64,000 nt of DNA from Chitinophagales bacterium. GTDB lineage: Bacteria; Bacteroidota; Bacteroidia; Chitinophagales; CAIOSU01. The stretch lies in NCBI GenBank assembly GCA_034440455.1, contig JAWXCB010000125.1:1797-65796 (forward strand), written 5' to 3'. Position numbers and translations under genes: made by a program. The notes beneath the pieces were generated by a model. That model was not told the origin of the DNA and made no database searches. It saw only the letters and a program-made list of their open reading frames with translations. Numbering within the stretch: position 1 is the stretch's first letter; each line of letters begins with the position of its first letter. Below are positions 38,984-48,776 of this stretch, piece after piece.

Positions 38984-40287
38984 GTGATGCCTTTGAGGTA
39001 ATCGGTGGAAGAAAGCTCAAGGGAACGCTCGTTCCGCAGGGAGCTAAAAATGAAGCGCTGCAAATTATTTCCGCAGCGCTGCTTACCAAAGAAAAGGTTA
39101 CTATCTCAAATGTTCCGGACATCAGGGATGTGAACCAACTCATTGAGGTTTTAAAAGATCTCGGAGTAAAGGTGCAAAAACCTGCGCCCGACACGTATAT
39201 TTTTCAGGCTGACGAGGTTGACATCAAAGTGATGCGCACCGAGGCATTCAAAAAGAAAGCGGCATCGCTTCGCGGCAGCATTATGATAATGGGTCCGCTG
39301 CTTGCACGTTTTAAAAAGGCATATACTCCTCGACCAGGTGGCGACAAGATTGGCAGAAGAAGATTAGATACGCACTTTCTTGGCTTTCAAAATTTGGGCG
39401 CGCGTTTTAATTATAATGCTGCTACCAATTTTTATGAAGTAGATGCGCGGCAGTTGAAAGGCACGTACATGCTGTTGGATGAAGCATCTGTAACGGGCAC
39501 TGCGAATGTGATTATGGCGGCTGTACTTGCAAAAGGCACGACAACGATTTTTAATGCAGCATGTGAACCTTACATTCAGCAACTCTGCAAGATGCTCATC
39601 AGCATGGGCGCAAAGATGGAAGGCGTGGGTTCAAACCTACTCGTTATTCATGGAGTAAGCGAATTGGGAGGATGCAAGCATCGCCTGCTTGCCGACATGA
39701 TTGAAGTAGGCAGCTTTATCGGGTTGGCGGCAATGACGCAATCAGACATCACGATTAAAGGAGCGGATGTTGCATATCTCGGAATGATTCCTGATGTGTT
39801 TCGCAAGTTGGGCATTGAATTGAAAATTAAAGGAAACGACATTCACGTTCCGGGCGGGCAGAAATACGAAATACAAACTTTTATTGACGGCTCTATCATG
39901 ACAATAGCCGATGCACCCTGGCCTGGCTTCACGCCTGACTTGCTGAGTATCGTGCTTGTTGTGGCTACGCAAGCGAAAGGCACAGTACTCATTCATCAAA
40001 AGATGTTTGAGAGCCGCCTGTTTTTCGTTGATAAACTGATTGATATGGGCGCGCAAATTATTTTGTGCGACCCGCATCGCGCTTCTGTGGTTGGTATCAA
40101 CCGCGCGTTTCCACTGCGCGGCATTTCGATGTCATCGCCTGATATTCGCGCGGGCGTTTCGCTGCTGATTGCCGCTCTTTCTGCCGAAGGTAAATCCACA
40201 ATTTCCAACATCAACCAGATTGACAGAGGTTATCAAAACATTGACGGACGATTGAACGCAATTGGCGCAAGCATCAAGAGAATCTGA
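38980..40287 (+). CDS. murA: UDP-N-acetylglucosamine 1-carboxyvinyltransferase (Asp at the Cys115-equivalent position)
   Basis: GAKNEAL, LRGS, PGGDKIGRR, SVTGT, PDIRAG and IDRGY motifs. Confidence 0.98.
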   Translation: MSDAFEVIGGRKLKGTLVPQGAKNEALQIISAALLTKEKVTISNVPDIRDVNQLIEVLKDLGVKVQKPAPDTYIFQADEVDIKVMRTEAFKKKAASLRGSIMIMGPLLARFKKAYTPRPGGDKIGRRRLDTHFLGFQNLGARFNYNAATNFYEVDARQLKGTYMLLDEASVTGTANVIMAAVLAKGTTTIFNAACEPYIQQLCKMLISMGAKMEGVGSNLLVIHGVSELGGCKHRLLADMIEVGSFIGLAAMTQSDITIKGADVAYLGMIPDVFRKLGIELKIKGNDIHVPGGQKYEIQTFIDGSIMTIADAPWPGFTPDLLSIVLVVATQAKGTVLIHQKMFESRLFFVDKLIDMGAQIILCDPHRASVVGINRAFPLRGISMSSPDIRAGVSLLIAALSAEGKSTISNINQIDRGYQNIDGRLNAIGASIKRI

Positions 40288-40444
40288 TTCGGTAATTTGG
40301 TGATTCGATAATTCGGTGATGCTAATTGTTCCCCTTGCGCGATGGCATTGTGCATTGGCGAAGGGGGCGCAAAAGCCCGAAGAGATTGCAGGGGGGTGAT
40401 TCACAAAAACTTAGAACTAACAACTTAGAACTTAAAACTTCACA

Positions 40445-41110
40445 ATGAAAGCCTTAGTTGTCGGAGATAAGAAACGCTATGAGGAACTTCTTCTGAAACT
40501 CCCTTCAACCGTTACCACAAAACATTACAACTACTGGGAAATAGCAGAGGGAAATGATTACGACTTGATTTTCGATTTAAACTTTGACGACTTCGTTCAC
40601 AATTTAGATTACATCGCACAGCGCATAGATATTCCCGTATTTGTTTGCGCGGTGAAGAAACGTCTGGCTGAAGCTGTGCATGATTTCGGGGAAATTCAAT
40701 GCAATCTGATTGGCATGAATTGCCTGCCCGGATTTATCAATCGCGAATTGATTGAAATCAGTCTCTTTAAAAATAACCCTGCTGCTATTGAATCCATTCT
40801 GCAACAACTCGGATGGACCTATAAAATCGTGGAAGACCGTGCAGGCATGGTAACACCGCGCATCATCTGCATGATTATTAATGAAGCCTGCTTCACGCTG
40901 CAAGAAGGAACAGCTTCGATGAACGATATTGACCTCTCCATGAAACTGGGCACCAACTATCCGCATGGTCCCTTTGAATGGGCGGATAAAATCGGAATCA
41001 AGGATGTTTATGAAACGCTTGATGCTCTCTACAACGACACGCGCGATGAGCGTTACAAAATCTGTCCGCTACTGAAGACGAAATATTTGAACAGAGAAAA
41101 TTTCTACTGA
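40445..41110 (+). CDS. 3-hydroxyacyl-CoA dehydrogenase family protein (C-terminal domain, degenerate N-domain)
   Basis: GMVTPRIICMIINEA...DIDLSMKLGTNYPHGPFEWADKIG. Confidence 0.88.
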   Translation: MKALVVGDKKRYEELLLKLPSTVTTKHYNYWEIAEGNDYDLIFDLNFDDFVHNLDYIAQRIDIPVFVCAVKKRLAEAVHDFGEIQCNLIGMNCLPGFINRELIEISLFKNNPAAIESILQQLGWTYKIVEDRAGMVTPRIICMIINEACFTLQEGTASMNDIDLSMKLGTNYPHGPFEWADKIGIKDVYETLDALYNDTRDERYKICPLLKTKYLNRENFY

Positions 41111-41116
41111 TTTGGT

Positions 41117-41246
41117 TGTAGGACAAATTGCACCGAGCGAAGTCATGGTGAGCGAAGTCGAACCATGAGATTAGGCTATGCTGCACCCTTCGACTTCGCT
41201 CAGGGCGACTACCGCGCTCTGCTGAACGGAGTGCATTTGTCCTACA
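41117..41246. repeat. Nested repeat: GTAG-type inverted repeat enclosing a GTCAT-type element
   Basis: Outer tgtaggacaaattgcac / gtgcatttgtcctaca; inner gtcatggtgagcgaagtcgaa...ttcgacttcgctcagggcgac. Confidence 0.75.
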
Positions 41247-41298
41247 CCCACTGATTTTCAATTTCTAATTCTCCAGTCCTAATTCCTAATTTTCACCC

Positions 41299-42618
41299 GT
41301 GCTTTCGATTTATACTCCGCAACTCACCAACCGCATCCGCTACACTTTTGATTTATTTTTTAAAGAGCTGCTACACATTCCGTTTCAACTGATTTCAAAC
41401 CGCGACCAGTTTTTTGCGGCAGCGCATCCAAAAATCAGCTATGACCAAAACCCCGTAGCGGATGAGTTATGTTTCGGAGCCGTGTATTTGCTGTTTGAAA
41501 AAGGCGTGAAGCTGCATAGCATCGAAGTGGAAGATTATGAAGGCACGAAAGTTTTTTTCAATACGCAGGGCCTACAGGAACATGCGTTGCCGTTTGATCC
41601 GTTTGCCGCAGCATTTTATCTCGTGAGCCGCTATGAAGAATTGCTTCCGCATGTGAAAGAACAGTTCAGCCGTTTTCCTGCGAAAGAAAGTATGGCGTTT
41701 AAAAATGGGTTTCTCAGCGTGCCTGTTGTAAATCGCTACGCTCTGATGGTGAAACAAAAATTGCAGGAGCGCTATCCTGAAATGCAATTTCCAAAAAAGG
41801 AATTTGAATTCATTCCTACTTACGATGTTGACAGCGCTTATGCATATTTGAACAAAGGCGTGATTCGCAATGCTGCCGGTCTTACAAAAGCGCTGCTTGA
41901 ACTTGACCTCACTACTTTTATTGACCGTGTGCGCGTACTCACCAAAGCGAAACGCGACCCTTATGATACCTACGACTGGCTCCACGAATTACACCGCAAG
42001 CACGATATGAAGCCCCTCTACTTTTTTCTTGTGGGCGATTATGATGAGTTCGATAAAAACATTTCCATCAACATCACTGAATTCCGTGAGTTGATTACCT
42101 CCATAGCCGATACTGCGCAAGTGGGCATCCATCCGTCTTATGCTTCAAATGCGGATGTCGGAAAACTGAAGAAGGAATTGCACAGCCTGTCGCAGGTGCT
42201 CAAAAGAGACATCCGCAAGAGCAGGCAACATTTTTTAAAGCTCACACTTCCTGAAACGTATCAAAACCTGCTGGAGCAAGGCATCACCGATGATTACACA
42301 ATGGGTTATGCCACGCAGATTGGTTTTCGCGCAGGTATCTGTTCGCCCTTTTATTTCTATAATCTCGAAACGGAAAATAAAACTGCATTGCGCATTCACC
42401 CCTTTGCGGTGATGGATGCAACGCTCAATTATTATCAGGGATTGACCCCGCGTCAGTTTCCCGATGCGGTCTATCCTGTGATTGACGAAATTAAAAAAGT
42501 GAATGGCACGTACATCTCACTCTGGCACAACAATTCGTTATCCGAAGAAAAGGAATGGTCAGGCTGGAAAAAAGTGTATGAAGACATGGTGCTTTACACG
42601 CTAAACGGTGAACGGTGA
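41299..42618 (+). CDS. Polysaccharide deacetylase-like protein
   Basis: FYLVSRYEE, TYDVD, GIHPSY, SRQHFLKL, GFRAGIC.PF, MDATL and LWHN motifs. Confidence 0.88.
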   Translation: MLSIYTPQLTNRIRYTFDLFFKELLHIPFQLISNRDQFFAAAHPKISYDQNPVADELCFGAVYLLFEKGVKLHSIEVEDYEGTKVFFNTQGLQEHALPFDPFAAAFYLVSRYEELLPHVKEQFSRFPAKESMAFKNGFLSVPVVNRYALMVKQKLQERYPEMQFPKKEFEFIPTYDVDSAYAYLNKGVIRNAAGLTKALLELDLTTFIDRVRVLTKAKRDPYDTYDWLHELHRKHDMKPLYFFLVGDYDEFDKNISINITEFRELITSIADTAQVGIHPSYASNADVGKLKKELHSLSQVLKRDIRKSRQHFLKLTLPETYQNLLEQGITDDYTMGYATQIGFRAGICSPFYFYNLETENKTALRIHPFAVMDATLNYYQGLTPRQFPDAVYPVIDEIKKVNGTYISLWHNNSLSEEKEWSGWKKVYEDMVLYTLNGER

Positions 42619-43529
42619 TTCAGTATCTGCAACGCAAAGAAGTTGATGATAACAAGTGGAACGCTTGTATACAGCAGGCTGCCAACAGCTATCCGTATGC
42701 GTTTACGTGGTATCTTGATTGTGTTGCAGAGCAATGGGATGCTTTGGTGAGCGGTGACTACGATGCGGTATTCCCGCTTGTATGGAATCGCAGGTTTTTG
42801 ATTCACTACCTCTACCAGCCGATGTTCACGCAGCAGTTGGGTGTGTTTTCAAAAAACGTGTTGGATGAAAAAACGCTGCATGATTTTCTTGAAGCGATTC
42901 CTGTGCGTTATTGTTTTATCGAAATCAATGTGAACTATCAAAACCCCGTGCGGCATCCGTCATTTGAAATCATTCCGCGCACGAACAGTTACCTCGAATT
43001 GCAATCCCCTTACGAAAAACTGTATCAAGCGTATCATGAAAACACGAAGCGCAATGTGCAAAAAGCTTTGAAAAACAACTTGCACGTTTCCGAAAATTTA
43101 AAAGCAGAAGCAGTAATTGAATTTTTCAAAACAAATTCAGGAATAAAAATTCCGGAATTGGGCGAATATCAATATGAGCATCTGGAAGAATTGATTGCAG
43201 AAGTAATGCAGCGCCAGATGGGAAAGCTGATTGGCGTGCAGGATACGAATGAAAATCTTTTCGCGGCAGGTTTTTTCATAGTAACAGAAAACAAAATCAT
43301 CAACCTGCTGCCCTCGACCGGGGAAGACGGGAAAAATAATGGCGCTGGATTTTTGATGATAGATTACCTCATCCGAAAATTCGCAGGCTCTGATAAAACA
43401 CTTGATTTCGAAGGCTCGATGATTCCCGGCATTGCGCGTTTCTATAAAAATTTCGGAGCGCAGGAACAAACCTATTGGCGGTTGCGCAGAAATAATTTAC
43501 CTTGGTTCGCCAAGTGGATAAAAGGATAA
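42615..43529 (+). CDS. GNAT/FemAB-like acyltransferase
   Basis: YQPMFTQQLG and LDFEGSMIPGIARFYKNFGA motifs. Confidence 0.85.
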   Translation: MIQYLQRKEVDDNKWNACIQQAANSYPYAFTWYLDCVAEQWDALVSGDYDAVFPLVWNRRFLIHYLYQPMFTQQLGVFSKNVLDEKTLHDFLEAIPVRYCFIEINVNYQNPVRHPSFEIIPRTNSYLELQSPYEKLYQAYHENTKRNVQKALKNNLHVSENLKAEAVIEFFKTNSGIKIPELGEYQYEHLEELIAEVMQRQMGKLIGVQDTNENLFAAGFFIVTENKIINLLPSTGEDGKNNGAGFLMIDYLIRKFAGSDKTLDFEGSMIPGIARFYKNFGAQEQTYWRLRRNNLPWFAKWIKG

Positions 43530-43536
43530 ATAAATT

Positions 43537-44190
43537 TTGATGCTTTATAATCTCAGTGAAACCAAATCCCTCGCAGGACAATTTGTAGCCGAATTGCGCG
43601 ATGTAACGATTCAAAATGATCGTATGCGTTTCCGTAGGAACATGGAACGCCTCGGTGAAATTTTTGCTTACGAAATCAGTAAACAGTTGGAATGGGAAGA
43701 TACAGAGGTGACAACACCGCTGGGCATCGCCCGCACCAAAGCGTTGAAAGAACAACCTGTGCTTGCAACAATATTACGCGCAGGAGTTCCGTTGCATCAA
43801 GGCTTGCTGAATTTTTTCGACCGTGCCGATAATGCCTTCATTGCCGCCTATCGCAAGCATAACAAAGACGGTTCGTTTTTCATCAACCTCGAATATCTCA
43901 CTTCTCCCCCGCTCGCTGACCGCATTGTGATTCTTTCCGACCCGATGCTTGCCACAGGCGCATCCTTAGTTTTAACAATTCAGGAGTTGCTTAAAGAAGG
44001 CGCGCCAAAACAAATTCATATCGTTACAGCGATTGCCAGCACAACCGGAATCGCGCATATAAAAAGCAACTTGCCAAATGTAAATATTTGGACAGGCGCA
44101 GTGGATAATGAATTAACAGCGAAGGCATACATCGTTCCCGGTTTGGGCGATGCGGGTGATTTGGCTTTTGGAGAGAAGATGCAGGATTAA
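43537..44190 (+). CDS. upp: Uracil phosphoribosyltransferase
   Basis: ILRAG, DPMLATGAS and YIVPGLGDAGD motifs. Confidence 0.97.
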   Translation: MMLYNLSETKSLAGQFVAELRDVTIQNDRMRFRRNMERLGEIFAYEISKQLEWEDTEVTTPLGIARTKALKEQPVLATILRAGVPLHQGLLNFFDRADNAFIAAYRKHNKDGSFFINLEYLTSPPLADRIVILSDPMLATGASLVLTIQELLKEGAPKQIHIVTAIASTTGIAHIKSNLPNVNIWTGAVDNELTAKAYIVPGLGDAGDLAFGEKMQD

Positions 44191-44193
44191 CAT

Positions 44194-44229
44194 ACTCCCT
44201 CTCCTTTTTGGAGAGGGTTGGGGTGAGGC
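44194..44229. repeat. CTCTCC/GGAGAG palindromic element between convergent upp and queF-like genes
   Basis: actccctctcctttttggagagggttggggtgaggc. Confidence 0.8.
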
Positions 44230-44667
44230 TTACATCACCACATCCCACGTGTCCTCATGACCGACCCAGTCTTTGAATTTTTCTTTTCCGCCACGAGCCG
44301 TCCAGTCAGAGTCAATGGTGAGTTTTGAGCTGATGCCGCCACGCGGGTTGCAAATCATCAGGATACGCATGCGCTCAGGTTCGTAAACCTCCATTAGATG
44401 TGCATACACGATATTAATGAGGCGCTCATAAGAAACCACGATGTCGCGCAGTTGATATACATAGACTTTGAGCGATTTCAACTCGATGATTTTCTTTTTC
44501 GGATAAAACGTAAGATAGATGGTCGCAAAATCCGGCTGCTCATGCACGCCAAGAAAAGTACACTCAGGCACTTTCACCTTCACTTCATAAGCCTCAGGGG
44601 AAGGATTTGGAATCGCTTTCAAAAGCGTTTTGTCAATCTTGTCGTACAATTTTTTTTCTGCGCTCAT
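44230..44667 (-). CDS. QueF-like T-fold protein (preQ0 reductase homolog, atypical active site)
   Basis: QPDFATI, QueF motif ELKSLKVY, SYE and NPRGGI are present, but LGV replaces the usual LCP. Confidence 0.85.
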   Translation of the reverse strand: MSAEKKLYDKIDKTLLKAIPNPSPEAYEVKVKVPECTFLGVHEQPDFATIYLTFYPKKKIIELKSLKVYVYQLRDIVVSYERLINIVYAHLMEVYEPERMRILMICNPRGGISSKLTIDSDWTARGGKEKFKDWVGHEDTWDVVM

Positions 44668-44734
44668 CGCTTAGTTTTATTTAGGAGTGCAAAGAAACGC
44701 AAGTTTGATTGAAAAGATAAATTCGGATTATCGC

Positions 44735-44815
44735 GTCATGCCTGACTTGTTCCGGCATCCCCTGATTTCTCTTTTCATGCTTTCCTATGAGATGCAGGAA
44801 CAAGTCCGGCATGAC
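44735..44815. repeat. GTCAT...ATGAC palindromic element
   Basis: gtcatgcctgacttgttccggcatccc...gagatgcaggaacaagtccggcatgac. Confidence 0.8.
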
Positions 44816-44853
44816 AGTAAAGGAAGTTCCTGCTTCTCCTATAAATTCGCGCT

Positions 44854-45903
44854 GTGCTTCATCACGATTTCACCAAAAAACTTCTTGCCTGGCATAAAAC
44901 CATTCACCGCCCCATGCCGTGGAAGGGCGAGAAGAATCCTTATCTTATCTGGCTATCTGAAATCATCCTGCAACAAACGCGCGTGGAGCAAGGGTGGGCT
45001 TATTATTTAAAATTCAAAGAGCGGTTTCCTGTTTTAAAAAATCTTGCGAATGCTTCAGAAGATGAAGTATTGAAACTCTGGCAGGGATTAGGCTACAATA
45101 CGCGCACGCGCAATCTTCATGTAGCGGCAAAATCTATTCAGCATGATTTGAAAGGAAAATTCCCAACCGATTATGAGGGCATTCGGAATCTAAAAGGAAT
45201 TGGTGATTACACAGCCGCAGCCATCGCTTCGTTTGCATTTAATCTGCCCTACGTGGTGGTGGATGCAAATGTGTTTCGCGTGTTGTCGCGCTATTTTGGA
45301 ATTATCACTGCGATTGATTCCACGAAAGGAAAACAGCAGTTCAAAGCGCTTGCAGAACAACTGCTTTCAAAAAAGGAACCCGCAAAGTTTAATCAGGCAA
45401 TCATGGATTTTGGCGCAGTGCAGTGTGTGCCGAAAAATCCTGACTGCGGCAAGTGTGCTTTAAGTTCAAATTGCGTTGCAAGAAAAAAGAAGCAAGTTGA
45501 AAACCTGCCCGTAAAGTCGAAGAAGACTAAACAGCGGGAACGCTTCTTTCACTACCTCGTGATTCTTGAAGGCGATTTTACATACCTGAAAAAGCGGGAA
45601 GCGAAAGATATTTGGCAGGGCATGTTTGAGTTTCCGCTGATTGAAGGAAAGCGTCTGCTGGAAAAAAGGCAACTGCTTCAAACCAAAGAATTCAAATCTC
45701 TTTTTTCGCAAAACAAAATCAGGAAGATTGAATTACATGCTTCGCTGCGACAGATGCTTTCTCACCAAAAAATTCACGCAGCGTTTTATGAAGTAACGCT
45801 TTCTTCAAAAATGAAGAATCAAAAATTTCTTCGTGTAGCAAACCGGGAAATCAATGGGTTTGCCTTTCCGGGCATTATCCGGGATTATTTGACTACGCGA
45901 TAA
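44854..45903 (+). CDS. mutY: A/G-specific adenine glycosylase
   Basis: WLSEIILQQT, WQGLGY, LKGIGDYTA, VDANVFRV and a C-X6-C-X2-C-X5-C Fe-S motif. Confidence 0.97.
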   Translation: MLHHDFTKKLLAWHKTIHRPMPWKGEKNPYLIWLSEIILQQTRVEQGWAYYLKFKERFPVLKNLANASEDEVLKLWQGLGYNTRTRNLHVAAKSIQHDLKGKFPTDYEGIRNLKGIGDYTAAAIASFAFNLPYVVVDANVFRVLSRYFGIITAIDSTKGKQQFKALAEQLLSKKEPAKFNQAIMDFGAVQCVPKNPDCGKCALSSNCVARKKKQVENLPVKSKKTKQRERFFHYLVILEGDFTYLKKREAKDIWQGMFEFPLIEGKRLLEKRQLLQTKEFKSLFSQNKIRKIELHASLRQMLSHQKIHAAFYEVTLSSKMKNQKFLRVANREINGFAFPGIIRDYLTTR

Positions 45904-45908
45904 ATGTT

Positions 45909-45985
45909 TCTCGCAGAGGCGCAGAGACGCAAAGTAGGAAACCCTCTTGTTGTATTTCTTTGCGCCTCTGCGCCTTTGCGGTGAA
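45909..45985. repeat. CGCAGAG/CGCAAAG inverted-repeat element (empty form)
   Basis: tctcgcagaggcgcagagacgcaaag - 23 nt - ctttgcgcctctgcgcctttgcggtgaa. Confidence 0.8.
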
Positions 45986-46101
45986 TCTGCCTTTACGAAA
46001 TAGTTTGCACAAAAAAGTAAAACTTCCTCCTGCCGTTTGGTTTTTTTCAAAGAATTTCCGACATTTAATTCTTATTTCAAAACCATTTAAATTTTCCAAC
46101 C

Positions 46102-46554
46102 ATGAGAGGAGTAAACAAAGTAATCTTAGTAGGCAATCTGGGCAAAGACCCGGAAGTGCAATACCTTGACAATAGTGTGAGCGTAGCGCGCTTTTCACTC
46201 GCCACCAATGATTCATACAAAGACAAAGACGGCAACCGCGTTGACCAAACCGAATGGCATAACATCACCGCATGGCGCGGGTTGGCAAAAATTGCCGAAG
46301 ATTTTCTGAAAAAAGGCAGCAAGATTTACCTCGAAGGCAAAATCCGCACACGCTCATGGGATGATAAGCAAACAGGAGAAAAAAAGTACGCCACCGAGAT
46401 TGTAGCAGATAATTTCATCATGCTCGACCGCAGAGAGGGAGAGGGCACTCCGGGCAGCTACCAGCCGGGCAACGCAAAAGCGGCTCCTGTAAGTCAGGAT
46501 GCGCCAAACATTCCCAGCGAACCGGCACCGCAGGGTGATGATTTGCCGTTCTGA
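46102..46554 (+). CDS. ssb: Single-stranded DNA-binding protein
   Basis: VNKVILVGNLGKDPE, TEWHN and C-terminal DDLPF. Confidence 0.98.
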   Translation: MRGVNKVILVGNLGKDPEVQYLDNSVSVARFSLATNDSYKDKDGNRVDQTEWHNITAWRGLAKIAEDFLKKGSKIYLEGKIRTRSWDDKQTGEKKYATEIVADNFIMLDRREGEGTPGSYQPGNAKAAPVSQDAPNIPSEPAPQGDDLPF

Positions 46555-46663
46555 GTTTTCAGGCGAATAAATTACAAAGGCACGAAGCAACAGCGCTCGT
46601 GCCTTTGTATTTTATGGCAATCCCCTGCTTTTATCTAAATTTATCGGAACAATTACCCGCGAT

Positions 46664-48025
46664 TTGGACAGTATTCCTCTATCAGATTTCAATCAACTCC
46701 TTTTTTTATCAGTAGCCGGAATAATAAATTCAGTGTCGCTTCCGGTAGTGCTTTCGGGAGTAGTGATTTTGATTCTTATTTGTTTTTCAGGGCTTATCTC
46801 AGGCGCAGAAATCGGTTTTTTTTCCCTCACGGAAAAAGAATTCAACCTGCTGCGTGAAAAGGGTGACCACACCTCAAAAACGATAATCACATTGCTCTCA
46901 AAACCGCGCCACCTGCTGGCGACATTGCTCATCTGCAACAACACGGTGAATGTAAGCATCGTCATTCTCTCCTACTTTCTGTTTTCAAATCTATTTGATT
47001 TTTCAGCGCACCCGCTGCTCGGATTTCTCATCAACGTGTTGGGTGTTACGCTTTTTCTCGTTTTGTTCGGGGAGGTGCTGCCTAAGGTTTATGCCACGCG
47101 CCACAATCTGCAAATGGCTTCCATCATGGCAGTTCCGATTCTATTTGCCGGAAAGGTATTCAAGCCGTTGAGTTATCTGCTTGTTTCCTCCACACGGCTC
47201 ATTGAAAAACTCCTCAGCAAAAAAGGATATAACGAGTTTAATCCTGAAGAACTCGAACACGCAATTGACCTTACGGCAGGCGAAAAATCATCGCGGCAGG
47301 AAGTGAAGATGCTCAAAGGCATCGTGCGTTTCGGCAACATTACCGTGCGGCAAATCATGCGGCAGCGCATGGATGTGGTGGCGGTTGACGATAGCGTGGC
47401 GTTTCCTGATTTAGTGAAAATTGTTACCGAAGCAGGCTATTCGCGCGTCCCCGTTTACCGCGACAGTCTGGATAACGTCATTGGCATTCTCTATGTGAAA
47501 GATTTGCTCGACCATCTGCATGAGCCAACCGATTTCAAGTGGCACAGACTGCTGCGCCCGCCTGTTTTTACACCACACACAAAGCGAGTGGACACGCTGC
47601 TGAAAGAAATTCAGAAAAAGGGCGTTCACCTGATTATCGCGGTAGATGAATATGGCGGCACATCCGGCATCATCACGCTGGAAGATATTCTGGAAGAAGT
47701 GATTGGTGAAATTCGCGATGAATATGATGCGCTCGAAGAAGAACCTTACTTTGAAAAAATTGACTCAAAAAATTTCGTGTTTGATGGCAAAACTCCCTTG
47801 CAAAACATCTGCAATAAAATGAACCTCAGGAACGATGTGTTTGACGAAGTGCGAAAAGAAGCTGATACGCTTGCCGGAATGATTCTCGAATTGTCAGGCA
47901 AGATGCCGGTAAAGAATGACGAGTTCCGGCATGAGCATTTTATATTTAAAGTCGTTTCTGTAGGCGACAACCGGATCAAGCGCGTTTTAATCACAGTAAC
48001 GGATGATGTCTATTCAGAGAATTAG
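46664..48025 (+). CDS. gldE: Gliding motility-associated GldE (CNNM/CBS/CorC)
   Basis: FGEVLPK, YSRVPVY and VDEYGGTSGIITLEDILEEVIGEIRDE motifs; lies between ssb and gldD. Confidence 0.9.
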   Translation: MDSIPLSDFNQLLFLSVAGIINSVSLPVVLSGVVILILICFSGLISGAEIGFFSLTEKEFNLLREKGDHTSKTIITLLSKPRHLLATLLICNNTVNVSIVILSYFLFSNLFDFSAHPLLGFLINVLGVTLFLVLFGEVLPKVYATRHNLQMASIMAVPILFAGKVFKPLSYLLVSSTRLIEKLLSKKGYNEFNPEELEHAIDLTAGEKSSRQEVKMLKGIVRFGNITVRQIMRQRMDVVAVDDSVAFPDLVKIVTEAGYSRVPVYRDSLDNVIGILYVKDLLDHLHEPTDFKWHRLLRPPVFTPHTKRVDTLLKEIQKKGVHLIIAVDEYGGTSGIITLEDILEEVIGEIRDEYDALEEEPYFEKIDSKNFVFDGKTPLQNICNKMNLRNDVFDEVRKEADTLAGMILELSGKMPVKNDEFRHEHFIFKVVSVGDNRIKRVLITVTDDVYSEN

Positions 48026-48755
48026 GAATTACGAATTACGAATTACGAATTTGTTGAGCAGCGCGGGCGTTCCGGTTTACATTGCGCTTTGGGTCATCCT
48101 GAGCGTAGTCGAAGGATGTGCGTGTGCGAAGAGGGCTGCGTTTGCCTTGTTCGTTTGCTGGGGGATGATGTTCTTGCTCTTCTCCGGCTGCGACTCGCCC
48201 TACCCTCCTAAACCCAAAGGCTTTTTTAGAATCAACCTGCCTGAAAAATCCTATCGAGAATTCACCTCCGATGTTTGTCCCTTCCGCTTTCAATATCCCG
48301 TCTATGCCGACATCGTGCGCGATTCCTTATTCTTTGACAAAGCACCCGAAAATCCCTGCTGGCTCAATATTGATTTCAAAGAATTAGGCGGCAAAATCCA
48401 TTTGAGCTACAAAGAAATCAATGCAGAAAATTCATTGGAAAAATTGATTGAAGACGCGCATAAACTCACCTTCAAGCACACTACCAAAGCTGATTTCATT
48501 GATGAAAATATCATTGAAAATGGAAAAGGCGCTTCGGGGATTTTATTTGCAGTGGGCGGCAATGCAGCATCGAATGCACAGTTTTTTCTAACAGACAGCT
48601 TGCATCATTTCATTCGCGGCTCGCTCTATTTCAATTCCACGCCAAATGAAGATTCCCTCGCGCCTGTCATCCGGTTTGTGAAGGAAGATATGCTGCTGCT
48701 GATGGAGAGTTTTGAGTGGGTGGAAACACTGAACATAGGAATCAAAATGGATTAG
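48003..48755 (+). CDS. gldD: Gliding motility lipoprotein GldD (start uncertain)
   Basis: FSGC lipobox, PKPKGFFRI, CPFRFQYP, GNAASNAQFFLTDSLHHFIRGSLYF and DSLAPV. Confidence 0.92.
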   Translation: MMSIQRIRNYELRITNLLSSAGVPVYIALWVILSVVEGCACAKRAAFALFVCWGMMFLLFSGCDSPYPPKPKGFFRINLPEKSYREFTSDVCPFRFQYPVYADIVRDSLFFDKAPENPCWLNIDFKELGGKIHLSYKEINAENSLEKLIEDAHKLTFKHTTKADFIDENIIENGKGASGILFAVGGNAASNAQFFLTDSLHHFIRGSLYFNSTPNEDSLAPVIRFVKEDMLLLMESFEWVETLNIGIKMD

Positions 48756-48776
48756 ATTTGCTCAAAGCAGCACTTC

